The position numbers and the translations under genes were made by a program. Below, one piece after another: positions 54,239 to 55,204 of a stretch of DNA of 55,204 nucleotides (position 1 is its first letter; each line of letters opens with the position of its first letter). The stretch is taken from positions 1 to 55,204 of IMG/VR virus record IMGVR_UViG_3300009529_000010; one strand, given 5' to 3'. The notes under the pieces are model-generated. The model ran no database searches, was not told the origin of the DNA, and saw only the letters and a list, made by a program, of their open reading frames with translations. Source of the stretch: a virus (taxonomy: Duplodnaviria; Caudoviricetes).

Positions 54239-55204
54239 CTATCCTTTTTGGGAAAACTCGGTTTTCAGGCGCTTAGCCAACATCAAAGCAGCGAGAAGGG
54301 ACTTATCCCCAGACGCCTTGACCTTTGAAATTGCAGCATCGAGCTTGCCCATTGGAATGGTCTCTCCCTTGGAGATCCCCAGATAATCTCGAACGCGACC
54401 CGGTCGCTTGATAGCATCTTGAATCCACTTCTCTGCGCGCTTTGCCGCAAGGGCAACTCGGGTCTTTGAGTTGCTGATCGAGGCAAGCTTCCCGGTGGGG
54501 TTCTCAGCCGCGACCACGTGGATCTGCATGAGGGCTTGCTTGGTCAGGAACTCGTGGACGAAAGACCGGGCACGCCTTGCAGCGGCTTTCTTGTCAAGAT
54601 CCTCAACCTTGCCCTCGAACTGCTCCCACTCGCTAGCAGCTTCGGCATGGCCGTTGTCTTTGAGCCACTTGGCAACATCAACGGACTTGCCCTTCTCAAA
54701 CTTCGCTTCGCGCTCTTCGGACTGCTTGCCCGCCGCCGTTTTCTTGCGCAGCCAGTCGAGCTTCTGCTGCGGAGACTTGCCCTTCGCCCACGGGTTGAAC
54801 TCCACTGCATCTGCCATTGACAGCTTCTTGGCCATCATCTTGACCAGTTTCTCCAGGTCGGCGGCCTTGGTGTGATCCTTGACCCGCAACTTGTCGAAGT
54901 CCTTGGCTGACACCGTGAAGCTCTTCCCTTCAGATGAGGTGCCCATCAGCACCTCATACTTCGGCTTGTTCTTCGCGCTGTCCCAGGTCATATGCTTGGA
55001 TTTGACCTGCTTGAGCATCTGGTCCTTGGTGAGCAGCTTTCCGTCCCCCAGGTCGTAACGAGTCGATGAGGTTTTGTTGACGGTCTGGAGCAAAGCGGCC
55101 TTCTGATTCCCATCCATCTCCCCTTCGTACTGCTCCCACTCGCTAGCAGCTTCCTCAAGGCTCTTGGCCTTCCCCGACTCCCCTTGGGCGCGGTATTCCT
55201 CCGC
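54239..55204 (-). CDS. Mosaic Lys-rich putative head-internal protein (5' end outside the window)
   Basis: The frame stays open from 55117 to the window end; KWIQDAIKRPG module; repeated EAASEWEQ. Confidence 0.7.
   Translation of the reverse strand, partial: AEEYRAQGESGKAKSLEEAASEWEQYEGEMDGNQKAALLQTVNKTSSTRYDLGDGKLLTKDQMLKQVKSKHMTWDSAKNKPKYEVLMGTSSEGKSFTVSAKDFDKLRVKDHTKAADLEKLVKMMAKKLSMADAVEFNPWAKGKSPQQKLDWLRKKTAAGKQSEEREAKFEKGKSVDVAKWLKDNGHAEAASEWEQFEGKVEDLDKKAAARRARSFVHEFLTKQALMQIHVVAAENPTGKLASISNSKTRVALAAKRAEKWIQDAIKRPGRVRDYLGISKGETIPMGKLDAAISKVKASGDKSLLAALMLAKRLKTEFSQKG
54619..55153. repeat. 25-bp direct repeat (54619-54643 and 55129-55153)
   Basis: ACTGCTCCCACTCGCTAGCAGCTTC occurs twice, in frame. 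Confidence 0.8.

Noticed and set aside
1-55204. Alternative genetic code, or a bacterial chromosomal origin for the window
   Set aside because: Standard-code ORFs tile the window densely. Portal and terminase genes, divergent replication genes and the single-strand organisation indicate a phage; no integrase or att site was seen.

Overview
This window looks like part of a large (jumbo-type) tailed dsDNA phage genome, with almost all genes on the minus strand. From left to right: (1) ~1-17 kb, a head/packaging and virion block with portal, an intein-containing large terminase, a probable small terminase, a Dps-like protein and many putative head-internal proteins. (2) ~17-43 kb, a transcription/replication/recombination block with a tandem-sigma4 protein, a NusG paralog, DnaX, HolA, HolB, a beta clamp, a Toprim primase, a split SbcC/Rad50, SbcD/Mre11, a Cas4/AddB-like nuclease, RecA, RuvC, SSB, and RecD2 and class II RNR genes that each carry an intein. 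(3) ~43.6-44.4 kb, a non-coding, hairpin-rich, origin-like region. (4) ~44.4-48 kb, a small cassette of early-type genes and two divergent sigma-like genes. (5) ~48-55 kb, more virion-type genes, HU and a myxobacterial-type GD-repeat vWA lipoprotein, which suggests a Myxococcota (Nannocystaceae-like) host. The best candidate for an undescribed system is a sigma cascade. An ECF-like sigma factor (45384-46649) carries the same late-promoter motif and the same peptide tag (xVAxR[WY]L) as the putative head proteins, so it may be packaged and injected. Directly downstream are genes with a precisely spaced ECF-type promoter, GGAAGA-N16-KGTTT-N7-ATG (three copies in the window). All family calls come from visual motif recognition; no database search was run. 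I found no tRNA, rRNA or CRISPR array.
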